Positions 25,243 to 40,265 of a DNA stretch of 64,000 nucleotides are shown here, one piece after another; positions within the stretch are counted from its first letter, which is position 1; each line of letters starts with the position of its first letter. The position numbers were made by a program, and so were the translations under genes. Source of the stretch: Octopus sinensis. Taxonomy: Eukaryota. The stretch covers positions 162,440,001 through 162,504,000 of the forward strand of contig NC_042997.1 in assembly GCF_006345805.1 (NCBI RefSeq). Direction: 5' to 3'. The notes beneath the pieces were generated by a model, which searched no databases, had not been told where the DNA came from, and worked only from the letters and a program-made list of their open reading frames with translations.

Positions 25243-26010
25243 CAAAAATGAGGGTGAAGAATTAGATATTAATTTAATAATACCCTTATTTTAACACCAA
25301 GCGACCTAGCACATAACAAACCAGGGAGACGATACATATTTATCCGTAAATATAAGAGAGTTAACGTTAAATAGGTTAACTCTAGTGCTAGAAATAGCTC
25401 CTCCGGTATAATCGCTGACGATACCTCCACATAGAAATAGCACTACCCTCAACGTAAGGAAAGTGAAATACAACTAAAAAGTAGATTAATGTTGTACAAT
25501 TGTTTCTTTATCAATATAATATCCAAATTATACTCACATATATATCTATAAATCATCAGCAACATTTGTCATCGATGCAATTTATCAGACCTACACGGGC
25601 GACGATTACCCATGCGGTCTGATCGATTACATTCAGGGTTGTAGTTACAAGTTCCCCGCCAAAAGCATATGCTAAGACTTAGTGGAAGCGAATACCGCAT
25701 GTAATATTTACTGCAGCGTATCAAATTCATAAATTCAAAAATGAGGGTGAAAAATTAGATATTAATTTAATAATACCCTTATTTTAACACCAAGCGACCT
25801 AGCACATAACAAACCAGGGAGACGATACATATTTATCCGTAAATATAGAGAGTTAACGTTAAATAGGTTAACTCTAGTGCTAGAAATAGCTCCTCTGGTG
25901 TAATCGCTCCTCCGGTGTAATGTGGAGGTATCGTCAGCGATTATACCGGAGGAGCTATTTCTAGCACTAGAGTTAACCTATTAACGTTAACTCTCTTATA
26001 TTTACGGATA
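25243..26010. repeat. (TA)n-bounded element with a direct repeat (25243-25431 / 25736-25903) and an inverted terminal arm (25921-26010)
   Basis: CAAAAATGAGGGTGAA... occurs twice; 25921-26010 is the reverse complement of 25341-25431. Confidence 0.85.
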
Positions 26011-26019
26011 TATATATAT

Positions 26020-26051
<32 letters not shown>

Positions 26052-26140
26052 ATATATATATAATATATATATGTATGTATGTGTGCGCGTGTGTTTATAT
26101 ATGTATGTATGTGATTATGTGTATATGCATGTATGTATTT

Positions 26141-26188
<48 letters not shown>

Positions 26189-26376
26189 TAGATTTATATG
26201 CTTGTATGTGTGTATATTCGTAACAAAACAATCTTTATTGAATTTTAAACCTAAGAATTCCTTCAATCCATGGGTTTTAAATTAAGAAAACAAACTTATG
26301 CTTATATCAAATTATTTATTTGTCATTAATTAACTTCTCCTGGACATATATTACTCCCTTCTTAACTCAGGGTTTT

Positions 26377-26701
26377 TTCGATATTATACAATACGTTATA
26401 TTTTACTGCCCAATTTATGCACCCCGACCAGCCCAACCGTTAGCGAATACATGCTAATACATGATTAACCAATCAAATTCAAATACTTATTCGTTGAATT
26501 GAATCATACTAAATTACATATTACCATTACAAATTTATTCGATATTATACAATACGTTATATTTTACTGCCCAATTTATGCACCCCGACCAGCCCAACCG
26601 TTAGCGAATACATGCTAATACATGATTAACCAATCAAATTCAAATACTTATTCGTTGAATTGAATCATACTAAATTACATATTACCATTACAAATTTATT
26701 C
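26377..26701 (+). repeat. Perfect 161-bp tandem duplication
   Basis: GATATTATACAATACG...CAAATTTATTC starts at both 26380 and 26541; no differences seen. Confidence 0.92.
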
Positions 26702-26824
26702 CATTCTGTATCACAACTGCTCGACGTGCGGAAACGCGAAACTCCGAGTAGCAGTTTTTTTTGTGATGTTTTTGCAACTTTAACAAAAAGGCATATTACT
26801 CTACTCTACCATCGGTTGTCAAGC

Positions 26825-27032
26825 AATGCTTCTTTGAGTTTCCATCTTCCAAATCCACTCATGAGGCTTTGGCCGGCCCGTGACTATAGTAGAAGGCACT
26901 TGCCCAAGGTGCCACGCAGTGGGACTGAACCTGGAACCATGTGGTTGGTAAGCAAGCTACTTGCCACCCAGCCGCTCCTGCGCCATCCACACAGCAACTC
27001 CTGCGCCTATCCACACAGCCACTCCTGCGCCT
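26825..27032 (-). mobile_element. Octopus SINE family A, 5' half, with triplicated 5' end
   Basis: CCAAATCCACTCATGAGGC...GGAACCATGTGG, then three copies of about 23 bp (CCACACAGCCACTCCTGCGCCTA). Confidence 0.8.
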
Positions 27033-27288
27033 AAAATTTAGAAACCCGAAGTTTATATTAATATTACATAATGTAACTATGACATTTCCTGCAATGTTGC
27101 TGAAGAGAGAACGAATGGGTTACAATTAAAATTAGAAACCTTGGTTGAACTCAGTTTGCTGAGAGCATTCTTGTACAATGCAATGGTAGCTACCAAAATT
27201 AAATATCTATATAATAATCTGTTTGTTCGTTCATCCATTATATTTTGGTTAGTTAGAGAGATGGAGGTGGAGTGAGAGGTAGAGTAAA

Positions 27289-27327
<39 letters not shown>

Positions 27328-27680
27328 GGAAAGAAATGAAAGCGTAAATTCCTTTAAAATCTATATTATTTTCCTTACGCCCATAAATACAAAACGCTGT
27401 TTTCTCCTTTATAAGTAACTTCTATTGTTTTCTTTTCCATTTTATTTCATAGATATTATCATCAGGCTTGTTTCTTGGCGGATAATGTACACTATCCTAA
27501 AGTACTTCTCGAAGAAAATGTCAAATAAAACTATGCCTGCTGAAGGTAAGCTAGTGCTTGTGCTTCTACTAACAAGCTAGTGTTTGTTATGTTTCTACTA
27601 ACAAGTTAGTACTTGTTATGTTTCTACTAACAGGTGAAACGAGAATGTGAGTTTGTATAACTTAATTAATTTTTAATATT

Positions 27681-27800
27681 GATGCTCAAGGACGTGCACA
27701 GATGCTCAATGACGTGTACAGATGCTTAAGGACGTGTACAGACGCTCAAGGATGTTCAGAGATACTCAAGGACGTGCTCAGATGCTCAAGGACGTGCAAA
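27681..27800 (+). repeat. 20-bp minisatellite, 6 copies (GATGCTCAAGGACGTGCACA)
   Basis: Direct inspection. Three copies of a 26-29-bp AAGCTAGT...CTACTAAC unit lie just upstream (about 27548-27632). Confidence 0.9.
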
Positions 27801-29059
27801 AGAATGTCGTTAAATCAACCACAGTGTTTACAAAAAAAATATTACTGAAGGACAGCGCTTAAAAAAAGCAAAAATTGAAATACTGAAGGAGAGCACTCGT
27901 GACCATTTTGCATGCAATTCCTGTGACTCATAGCAGTGGGAAAAATATAAAAATAATAATCTATCGGTTATATTCTGGCCAAGAAATTGGCCCAAATGTT
28001 TGCAACAGGTGCATTAAGGGCAAGGATGTGGTTAGCAAACCCAGATCGATGAAAGGCAAAATCGACCTTGATGGATTTTGAGCTGAGGAAGTAAGGAAGC
28101 GAAGCTAAATAGAAAAAGACATCTTATTCGAAACTTTACGAGTTCTGCTATTCACTATTCTTTGTAGATGTGATGATGTAATGTTAATAATTAGATCGTG
28201 GTGTAAATAGTTACGGAAATCTGCGTTGAAGTTATCTTCATCAATTTTGTGAATTTTACTGATTTTTGTTCATGCAGTGCACTACCAACTTCCTCAAGCT
28301 TTAGTATTATTAGACGACAAGAGAGCTTCTACAAGCTAACCCGGTCTCCTAAAGACAGCTACTAAATCTTCATTTTAAAGAAAGGAAGAGTACCTTGAAT
28401 AAATGGAACACCTTTACAAAGTATCTCTGCCAGGACTGACCTGGGACTAACTAACTGCAATAATGTTTTTCAGTAAAACAAAATCGGTAATATTTCACAA
28501 ACGTTGATAAGCTCAGATTGATAAAATAAACTTCACTCCTGTTGTTAATTAAACTGAATTCATTCAGGAAATTAACTCCTGTAGTTAAGTACAGTTAACT
28601 TCCACTGGGAAATAACCTTAACTCATCTTTGCAAATTTATTTAACATAACTCTTGCAAATATTCTTAACTCCTGTAACTTCATGGTAAATATATTGAATT
28701 TCTACTTGTAAATATCCTAAACTCTACCGGCTAAATGACCTTCACTCCCAGTATAAATGAACTTAACTACCTCTATTAAATGTACCCAGCATCAGCTTGT
28801 AAATATATTTATAAACTCCCTTTGATAATTAAACTTAACTTGAACTAGTAGGTAACTTCAAGTCCCTCTAGTAAATATATTTAGCCTGCTCAGGTAAATA
28901 ATCTTAACCACCTTTGATACTTGACCTTCTCCGGTAAAAAGGCTTAACTAACATTGGAGAATAATCTTTAGTTGTTATAGTAAACACACGTAAATTCTCA
29001 GTTGAATAAAATTTTTACCGGACAAATATACGTAAACTACCATGGATTAGTGAAGCATA

Positions 29060-29385
29060 CGAGGTGGTACCCAAAAGAAACCGGCATTTTGCAATATAAT
29101 TTTATTCACTTAGTTTTATATGTTTACACTTTTATTGCCCTCAAAGTATTCTCCATTTGAAGCAATGCATCGGTCCTGACGCGTTTTCCACCATTCGAAG
29201 CAGTGTTGGAACTCTTGCAAAGTGATACCTTTAAACGCCTCAGTCGTTTTTTTTTTCTTCATCTTTTCGAAATCTGCATCAGCTTTTGTCACCAGTGATG
29301 AACTTCGAAAATAGGTCCGGATCAGTTTCCAACTGTTCTTCCAGTTCACGACGCGCATTCAGTCGTGACTGGGAAGAATTAGTTT
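29060..29385 (-). mobile_element. 3' end of a mariner transposon
   Basis: TA followed by CGAGGTGGTACCCAAAAG (terminal repeat); minus-strand FQHCFEWWKTRQDRCIASNGEYFEG. Confidence 0.75.
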
Positions 29386-29419
29386 TAGAGTAGAATAGTT
29401 AGTGGGCTGTTATGTAGAT

Positions 29420-29480
29420 AATGTATGTATGTATGTGTGCATGTGCATGTGTGGGTGTATGTAATACACACACACACACA

Positions 29481-29546
<66 letters not shown>

Positions 29547-29555
29547 TATATATAT

Positions 29556-29609
<54 letters not shown>

Positions 29610-30185
29610 GATAGATGTATGTATGTGTGTGGGTGGGTGTATGAATATATATATGTATGTGCACATGTACGTAAGCATATGGATAGGAAAGTAAACAGAT
29701 AAACATATGGACGGATAGTTACATAGGTTATATGAACAAACAAGCACACATACGCAAATAAAGGCTGAAACACATGATCATATATACACACACACACACT
29801 TTACACACAAGAACACATATCGAGACACACGTCGCCACATATGGAGATGCATATCCATACATACAAACACGGTACACAGTCGCAAAACACACACACTCAG
29901 ACATGCACACACAAGGAGACAGAGGACAACACACATACAAACACACACACGCACACATACAACACACACACACACACACACACAAACACACACATACATA
30001 CAAAACACACCAACACGGGCATATAAACGCATGAATATGCAGAATACATGCATACAAATATACACACATAGATAGATACATATGCATACACACATACATG
30101 CATACACACATGCATACATATGAGCATGCATGTATAGGCACATACACACACACACTGACCCACACACATGCACACAAACAAACAA
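29420..30185. repeat. CA/TA-rich simple and cryptic repeat tract
   Basis: Direct inspection. Confidence 0.9.
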
Positions 30186-30509
30186 AAGGGAACGCTGTGT
30201 GAATAACGACTATTGAAAAGGTTGCAAGATGCAACGAAAATTTAAGAAAAATAAAAAAAGAAATATGTGGAAGTTTTACCAGTGATTGTGTTAAATTATA
30301 AGGCACAAAAAGAGAATGACTCTCCCCAGACACAACATAATAAATATTTACATTCTACCGATATTTTCTACGCCTGATTTTGTTTTAAAATACAGGGCTG
30401 GAACAAAAGTAGGTATATAGTTGCTTAATATGAGTGACTCAAGCGTTCACTCAAAGTTCCCAGAAACCAAAATAGAGAACTTCCAATGAACCAGGCATCT
30501 CCCTTTTCT

Positions 30510-30796
30510 CCTATTTTGTAACAGCATTAACCCGGGAGTTTGTTCCTTCACGAGCCACGCCTGGCTCATAAGGGCCGGTTTCCCGGTTTCCTTGGCGTAT
30601 AGGTTCCCTACCTGGACGGAACGCCGGTCCGTCGCAGGTGAGCTGCAAGATGCAGGAGGAAAGAGTGAAAGAAAGTTGTGGCGAAAGAGTCAGAAGACGT
30701 TCGCCATTATCTTCTGCCGGAGCCGCGTAGAGCTTAGGTATTTCGCTCATAAACACACACATCGCCCTGTCTGAGATTCGAACCCGCGATCCCTGG
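30510..30796 (-). mobile_element. GC-rich tRNA-headed SINE (family D)
   Basis: Minus-strand B box GGGTTCGAATCTC near 30773-30785; the GC-rich body contrasts with the flanks. Confidence 0.55.
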
Positions 30797-31589
30797 CTCT
30801 TATTGTGAGTTCATAGGAGTTTCAAGGGATGACCATACATCACTGGTGGCAGATCGTCCTCGTGTTAAGCCTTCTCGCCACCAGGAAGCCGCCGGATTCC
30901 GGAACAGACGCCGCTGGAATTCACCATTGTCCTCTTGTTAGTCGGGTTGCAGCCTTAGAGCCGCCAGTGTCAGACCTGTCCGCTTTACCAGGGACTCGAA
31001 GTCCTCGACGGCAGAGCTCTGACACTCACTCATTTAACCTTCCCACTACGATGAGGTTAAAGGTTGGACTTTGAGGAAATTAGGCATTTCCCGCAGATCT
31101 CTTTTTCTACTTATGAATCTCTTAGGTTTAGAAAAAAATTGAAGAAATGAAAGAACATTTCACTCATATTAAGCAACTGTACACAACTTTTGCTCACCCT
31201 TGGATATGCATTACAAATAAAATATATACATTTGTAAATGGAAATATGCTCAGTATAGTTGGCTGTCAATACTAGCATTTCATTTGAAGAATACTATAAT
31301 TTTAGACACTTTCGGACAAGAATGAAATCGTATTATTTTAGATAGCAAATTAAGAATGACATACGCACGAAGGTAATTTAATTAATATGGCACAAAAATC
31401 ATGCATTACAAGCTTTCGCATATGTAGAAATAATTTCTTGCTTCATTTTTTTCAATTAATTAAAGAAACATATGACTCTGTCAGCACGAAATTGCTGGTG
31501 GTGTGAGAGAGGGGTTCCTTCAGCTTAAGACATATACCCTGATGAATGAATGAACTAGTATATCCATGCATAGATACACTTAAACATAT

Positions 31590-31677
31590 CCACACACACA
31601 CACACACACACACACATGTATATATATATATGTGTGTTGTGTGTATGTGTGTGTGTATGTATATATATATATATATA

Positions 31678-31710
<33 letters not shown>

Positions 31711-31746
31711 TATAGATATATATATATATACATATTATATATATAT

Positions 31747-31777
<31 letters not shown>

Positions 31778-31872
31778 GATATATATATATATACATACAT
31801 GCATACATACATATATATATATATATATATAATATATATATATATAATATATATAATATATATATATATATA
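31590..31872. repeat. (CA)n/(TA)n microsatellite
   Basis: Direct inspection. Confidence 0.95.
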
Positions 31873-32406
31873 TTCAGGAAATATATCTTAATGATAATAA
31901 TGATATTGCTATATTTTGGGACGGTCATTTTTTTAAATAAATAAACACGCACTATTTATTTGTTCTTCACTTCAAATTTATTATTGTTCTTATTTTATGT
32001 CCACTGACTGGATATCTTTCGTCACACAACTGTGACCTCTTCAGCGACCCTCCATCCCACATGTCTCCTCCAGTTCTGTTTAGTCTATTCAAATCTTTCT
32101 GTGGTGTGTATCCTTATCTGGGCATGCGTTTACGTCTGTATCTGTGTGTGTGTACGCCCGCGCATACGTGTGTGCATGCGTGTCTATGTGTTTTGTATGG
32201 GTGTTTTGCGTGTGTGTATATGAGTTTGCTTACTATACTGTTTGTAGTTGCGCACTTTATTTAGTTCTTTTTATTTACTTATTAATTTCTTTTTTTTTTC
32301 ATTTCTTCTTAGGTTTCTGTATGCGTGTCTTTTGTGTGCGTGTGTGTAGCTTTATGTATTATACTGGTTGTAGTTGTTCCTCTTTTGTTATCATTCCATT
32401 CTGCCA

Positions 32407-32600
32407 GCGGCGAGCTGGCAGAGACGTTAGCACACCGGGCGAAATGCTTAGCGGTATTTCGTCTGCCGCTACGTTCTGAGTTCAAATTCCGCCGAGGTCG
32501 ACTTTGCCTTTCATCCTTTCGGGGTCGATAAATTAAGTACCAGTTACGCACTGGGGTCGATGTAATCAACTTAATCCGTTTGTCTGTCCTTGTTTGTCCC
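32407..32600 (+). mobile_element. Octopus SINE family B, young copy
   Basis: CGGCGAGCTGGCAGAGACGTTAGCACACCGGGCGAAATGC...GTTCAAATTCC (B box)...GGGGTCGATGTAATC; near-identical to 39180-39402 and 48735-48968. Confidence 0.88.
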
Positions 32601-33283
32601 CTTGTGGGCAATAAAGAAATAAGAAATAAGAGTCGTCATAATGCGTAGCGTGGTAATGAGAGTGTTATTGTTCCATACCTGTTTTCTACTGAGGCTTGGT
32701 CTCTCTATTACAATCCGTGTGACTTCTCTAATCTGTCGCAGTGTCGTGTTTGTTCTATGCGCTGATAATGCCTTAACATTCATGCTATCAAAAGATCTTC
32801 AATATACTAATTGAACATGTTGATAGAGCACGGACGAGTTTTTCTCCTCTTTGAACTCCAGCTCCCCAATGCCTCGAGCTGTCTCCTCAACATATGCTGT
32901 CTCATTTCTGCACCATCTCTCAGTACATCGTATTCTATATACTACACTCCTAATCTTACAGTTAACATGTGGGTTCATCCTACATACTATACACTTTTTC
33001 TTCGTACATAGGGGCCTTTAGAATGGATATGTTCTACAGATCAGGGATTTTATGGAGGTTTCTAGCCTTTCAACCACTTTAATCCGTAGATTTATTTTCA
33101 CAAATATTTTCCTAAAAAGATATGCTAGTTCGCCAAGATGGTACAATGAATATTATTTTAAAAAGAAAAATATTATCTTAAAATAAAATGAAATAAAATC
33201 ATTATTCAAAAAGAAGTAAAAAAAACGAAATAATTACTCTCTGAGTTGATTTTATATCATGAAAGTTCACCCAAACATGCCAA

Positions 33284-33905
<622 letters not shown>

Positions 33906-33906
33906 T

Positions 33907-36127
<2,221 letters not shown>

Positions 36128-37393
36128 CAGGGTGCGTAAGGTATTTGAGGACATACCTTTTTGGGGTCATTACTGCATTTTTTGCTTACTCTGTATAATT
36201 GTATAATCTGTATAATCTTTGTTTCAGAAAATAATTATGCTTACTCAAGAAATGAAGAGGCATGTTGTTATTGTGGTTAGAAAGGCTGACATAGCGATTC
36301 AGAAATATCTCGAATTTTAAAAGTTGCCAGATCTTTCGTCTATAAAGTTTGTAAGGAGCTAGACAATAAACATGAAAACGTGTTACCAGTATCAAAGCAT
36401 AAAAAGCATTCTAAATGCTCTGGAATCATCAGAACACCTGAATTTATCCTGCAAGCTCAACAGACCATTGATTACAATCCCAGAATGTCCATGAGATCAG
36501 TTACACAAGACCTCCATGTTTTAGAAGAAACAGTCAGAAATTTTGTCCACGAAGACATCAGATATAAGCCTAATATGATAAGGAAAGGTTAATTTGTTAG
36601 AAAAAGCAAAAGAAAATCACTACATCAGATCTAAAAGGCTATTAAACAAGCTGAATAATCCAGCAGAATATTTGATTTGGTTTTTCTCACAGGAGAAAAA
36701 CTTCGACCAAGATCAAAACGTCAATAGAAGATATGACAGATGGTTATGTGCAGATCCTTCTGAAGTTTCAAGTGTTATGCATACAAAATTTCCTGCAACT
36801 ATCATGGTTTTAGGGGTTGTCAGCAACGAAGGACATGTGACGCCACTTTACTTCTTTCCAGAAGACCTTAGAGTTAACTCTGCTGCCTACATTGAGGTCC
36901 TAGAAATAATTGTTAAGCCTTGGAGAGACAGTGTATGCAATGGAAGGCCATATGTATTTCAGTATGACTCTGCACTATCACACAAGGCTCTAATAACACA
37001 GGGATGGATGGCTGAAAATTTTCATGATCACATAACCCCTAACATTTGGCCTCCTAATTCCCCAGATCTCAATCCATTGGACTTTTACATGTGGAGCGTT
37101 GTTGAGAGAGAGGTCAATGAACACGCCCATGACACCAAAGATTCTTTGAAAGCTGCCATAGCCAGAGTAATGTCCAAAATGAACAAGGACCACTTGATTC
37201 GAGCAAGTAGATGATTTAGATCTCACATAGAAGCAGTTGTTGAAGCTGAAGGTGGCTTTATTGAATGACATTATAGAAAAGAAGGTTTATTTTTATTCTC
37301 ATAGCATTTTTGATAAAATAAAGTTATTAATTGTTATTACATATCTGATTTTTTATAAACATAAATCTGTCTTCAAATATCTTACGCACCCTG
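36128..37393 (+). mobile_element. Full-length maT-type (DD37D) Tc1/mariner transposon, inactivated
   Basis: TIRs CAGGGTGCGTAAG / CTTACGCACCCTG, with TA on both sides. YDSALSH...WPPNSPDLNPLDF has 37 residues between the two Asp; the first Asp is mutated (FSQEK); stops and frameshifts in the N-terminal half. Confidence 0.92.
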
Positions 37394-37574
37394 TATATAG
37401 TAGGATGTTAGGAAGAGTCTGGAATGTGAAAAGGTCGTAATAGTTCGGATATAGATTAGTAGAGAAGGTGTTTATGTCTGCTAGCAATTATACGCTCATC
37501 TAGAATAATTAGCGAAAATGTTATACATACAAAGACAAATCTGCTTACGAGTAATGGTAGGTTGTGCATTCAAA

Positions 37575-37800
37575 TAATTGTTTCAGATTTCGGCACAAGG
37601 CCAGCGATTTTAATCGAGTTGGGGTTTAGTCGATTATATCGATTCCCAGTACTTGACTGATAATTTATCTTATCTACCCTAAAAGAATAAAAGGTAAACT
37701 TGACCTCGGCGGTATTTGTGCTAGGAACGCAATTAGATAGAACAAATGCCGTACAATACTTTTTATCGAAGCTCTAACGATTTCGTCAGCTCGTAATCTT
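37575..37800 (-). mobile_element. Diverged octopus SINE family B
   Basis: GGCACAAGGCCAGC...GTCGATTATATCGATTCCCAGTAC...AAAGGTAAACTTGACCTCGGCGG. Confidence 0.65.
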
Positions 37801-39115
37801 TTACTAATACTTTTGAAATAATTTAATATATTTTACAACTGTACTTAGAATTCTTCATAATCTTTTTCTTAATCCACGTCAAATGTAACTTCATGTTGCA
37901 AACGCTTTAGAATTAAAAAGCAGTTATGGGTTGTTGTTTCTACCTCACTTTCTTTCCGTTTTAAAGAAACCCAATGAAGTCATTAGCGTTGTCCTTTCTC
38001 TGAGTAAACTCCATTTTACATAGCAACTGTTGTGTGTTAAAGTTTTTTATTACTTCATATGTATTCATCTTCATCTACAGGATTTGAGATACAGTCGTAA
38101 CTAAAATCCTATCATGAGGTGTAAAATTTGCAGAATATGAAAGTTTTAGTGAAATGATATATATGACAAGGAAATGTACAGTATTTTTAAGATGTTTCCT
38201 TATATATGTTTTGGTTCTTTTCAAAGAAAATAGTTTGTCGTTTTCTCTAAATTAGAGCATTATTGAATTTCTTGGGCTTTACTTCATAGAAGTGATGCAT
38301 GTTTGGTCAGAGTTCGCAGGTTGAAATTTGCACATGTGCGTGAGACAGGTTATAGTAGGGAGAAGAAAAGTAAAGTATGACCAGCATAGTTAGAGAATTA
38401 AATGTATATAGAGAAGAGCTCACTAACGAATTGACAAATCTGTATGGAGATCATAATCAAAACCTTACGCGATATCACACTTGATGAAACGTCTTGTCCT
38501 ACATTTTAGTTCCAGTAAATTTTGTTTTGCTTGACACATTTTTTTAATATCTCATTCCAATTGTTAATCATTTACTGAACTAATTCACTCTTTTTTAATT
38601 TAAATTCTCATATTTTATAATATTGACATCTGTAAATAGATTATATAATTTATACATTGTAGCGGAGTCAAAATATTGCATTCTACAACTACGTTATTTC
38701 ATTCTTCACATGCTAAAGCTGTTAGCAAATTCCTTTGAGTGGTAGGATATTAAAAAGCAATGAGTTTGTACCGTTTGACATAATATTAGCAAATGCCAGT
38801 CATTCTGTTTTCCATATCTTTCTAAAAGTGAATAATATTCAGATTTCAAATTGCAGTGTAAATAGATTTCGATTTCATTCATTAATTCCAATTTTTAGCA
38901 CATGGGTAGATTCAAGATTGTAATTAATAATAGCAGTAATGCGTTGGTATAGCAAGAGGAAGTACGTGTATTAAGTGTGTATATGAACACATTCACACAA
39001 AAACATACGATACACGTACATACATCAAACACGTAAACACATCATACACATACATATACGCACCCATATACGTTTATTTTTTAAATTTTTAATAAGATTG
39101 GGCAATGACTTCGAA

Positions 39116-39149
<34 letters not shown>

Positions 39150-39179
39150 TGATATATTCGGACTAATACCTATTTCTTT

Positions 39180-39402
39180 ACTACCCACAAGTGGCTAAAC
39201 ACAGAAGGGACAAACAAGGACAGACAAAGAAATTATGTCGATTACATCGACCCCAGTGCGTAACTGGTACTTAATTTATCGCCCCCGAAAGGATGAAAGG
39301 CAAAGTCGACCTCGGCGGAATTTGAACTCAGAACGTAACGGCAGAGGAAATACGGCTACGCATTTCGCCCGGCGTGCTAACGTTTCTGCCAGCTCGCCGC
39401 GT
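39180..39402 (-). mobile_element. Octopus SINE family B, young copy
   Basis: Reverse complement of the 32407 copy. Confidence 0.88.
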
Positions 39403-39850
39403 TATATTCGGACTAATACCCTCATCATAGTCATTATAGACACAATATTTCAGCAGGTGTACTCTTCGGTTTTCTTAAGATGCCCTTCGTTTTCAGTAAT
39501 ATTCACAGAATTACAAACTGAATCCTTCTTTATTAAATCCACGGGGAAAAAGTGTCCATACGAACCATTCTCTCTCTAGTTATCTTCCGTTTTTCTAATG
39601 TCGCTTACTCGTTTGTTTGCCTCATTCAACCTCTGTACACCTACCGAGAATTGTTTCAAATTCGCATACAAATGAGATGTGTTCTGGTTAGTATTCGAAT
39701 CACAGTAACGGTCTCTCAAGAAGATCGACGCATCACTATCATATTTTGTCTAGTTTTATAACTAGATTTAAAATCACATATATTTTAGAAACAGGGAACT
39801 TGGTATATTATTTTGATATTTATTGCTTTCAACAAAAAAAAAATCATTCT

Positions 39851-40265
39851 TTTACTTTTTTACTCTTTTACTTGTTTCAGTCATTTGACTGTGACCATGC
39901 AGAAGCACCGCCTTTAGTCGAGCAAATCGACCCCACGACTTATTCTTTGTAAGCCTAGTACTTATTCTATCGGTCTCTTTTGCCGAACCGCTAAGTTACG
40001 GATAACGTAAACACACCAGCATCAGTCTTCAAGCGATGTTGGGGGGACAAACACAGACACACAAACATATACACACACATATACATATATATACATATAT
40101 ACGACGGGCTTCTTTCAGTTTCCGTCTACCAAATCCACTCACAAGGCTTTGGTCGGCCCGAGGCTATAGTAGAAGACACTTGCCTAAGGTGCCATGCAGT
40201 GAGACTGAACCCGGAACCATGTGGTTCGTAAGCAAGCTACTTACCACACAACCTCTTCTACGCCT
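39851..40265 (-). mobile_element. Full-length octopus SINE family A
   Basis: Tail (TTTTACTC)n, central (CA/TA) tract and tRNA-like head ending ...CTTACCACACAACC...GCGCCTA-like; matches the 51583 copy. Confidence 0.9.

Noticed and set aside
25405-25450. CTGACGA...GAAA hammerhead-like motif
   Set aside because: The stem II closing pair is atypical, U16.1 is absent and there is no stem I partner.
27681-27800. CRISPR-like regular repeats
   Set aside because: Units are contiguous with no unique spacers, there are no cas genes, and the context is eukaryotic.
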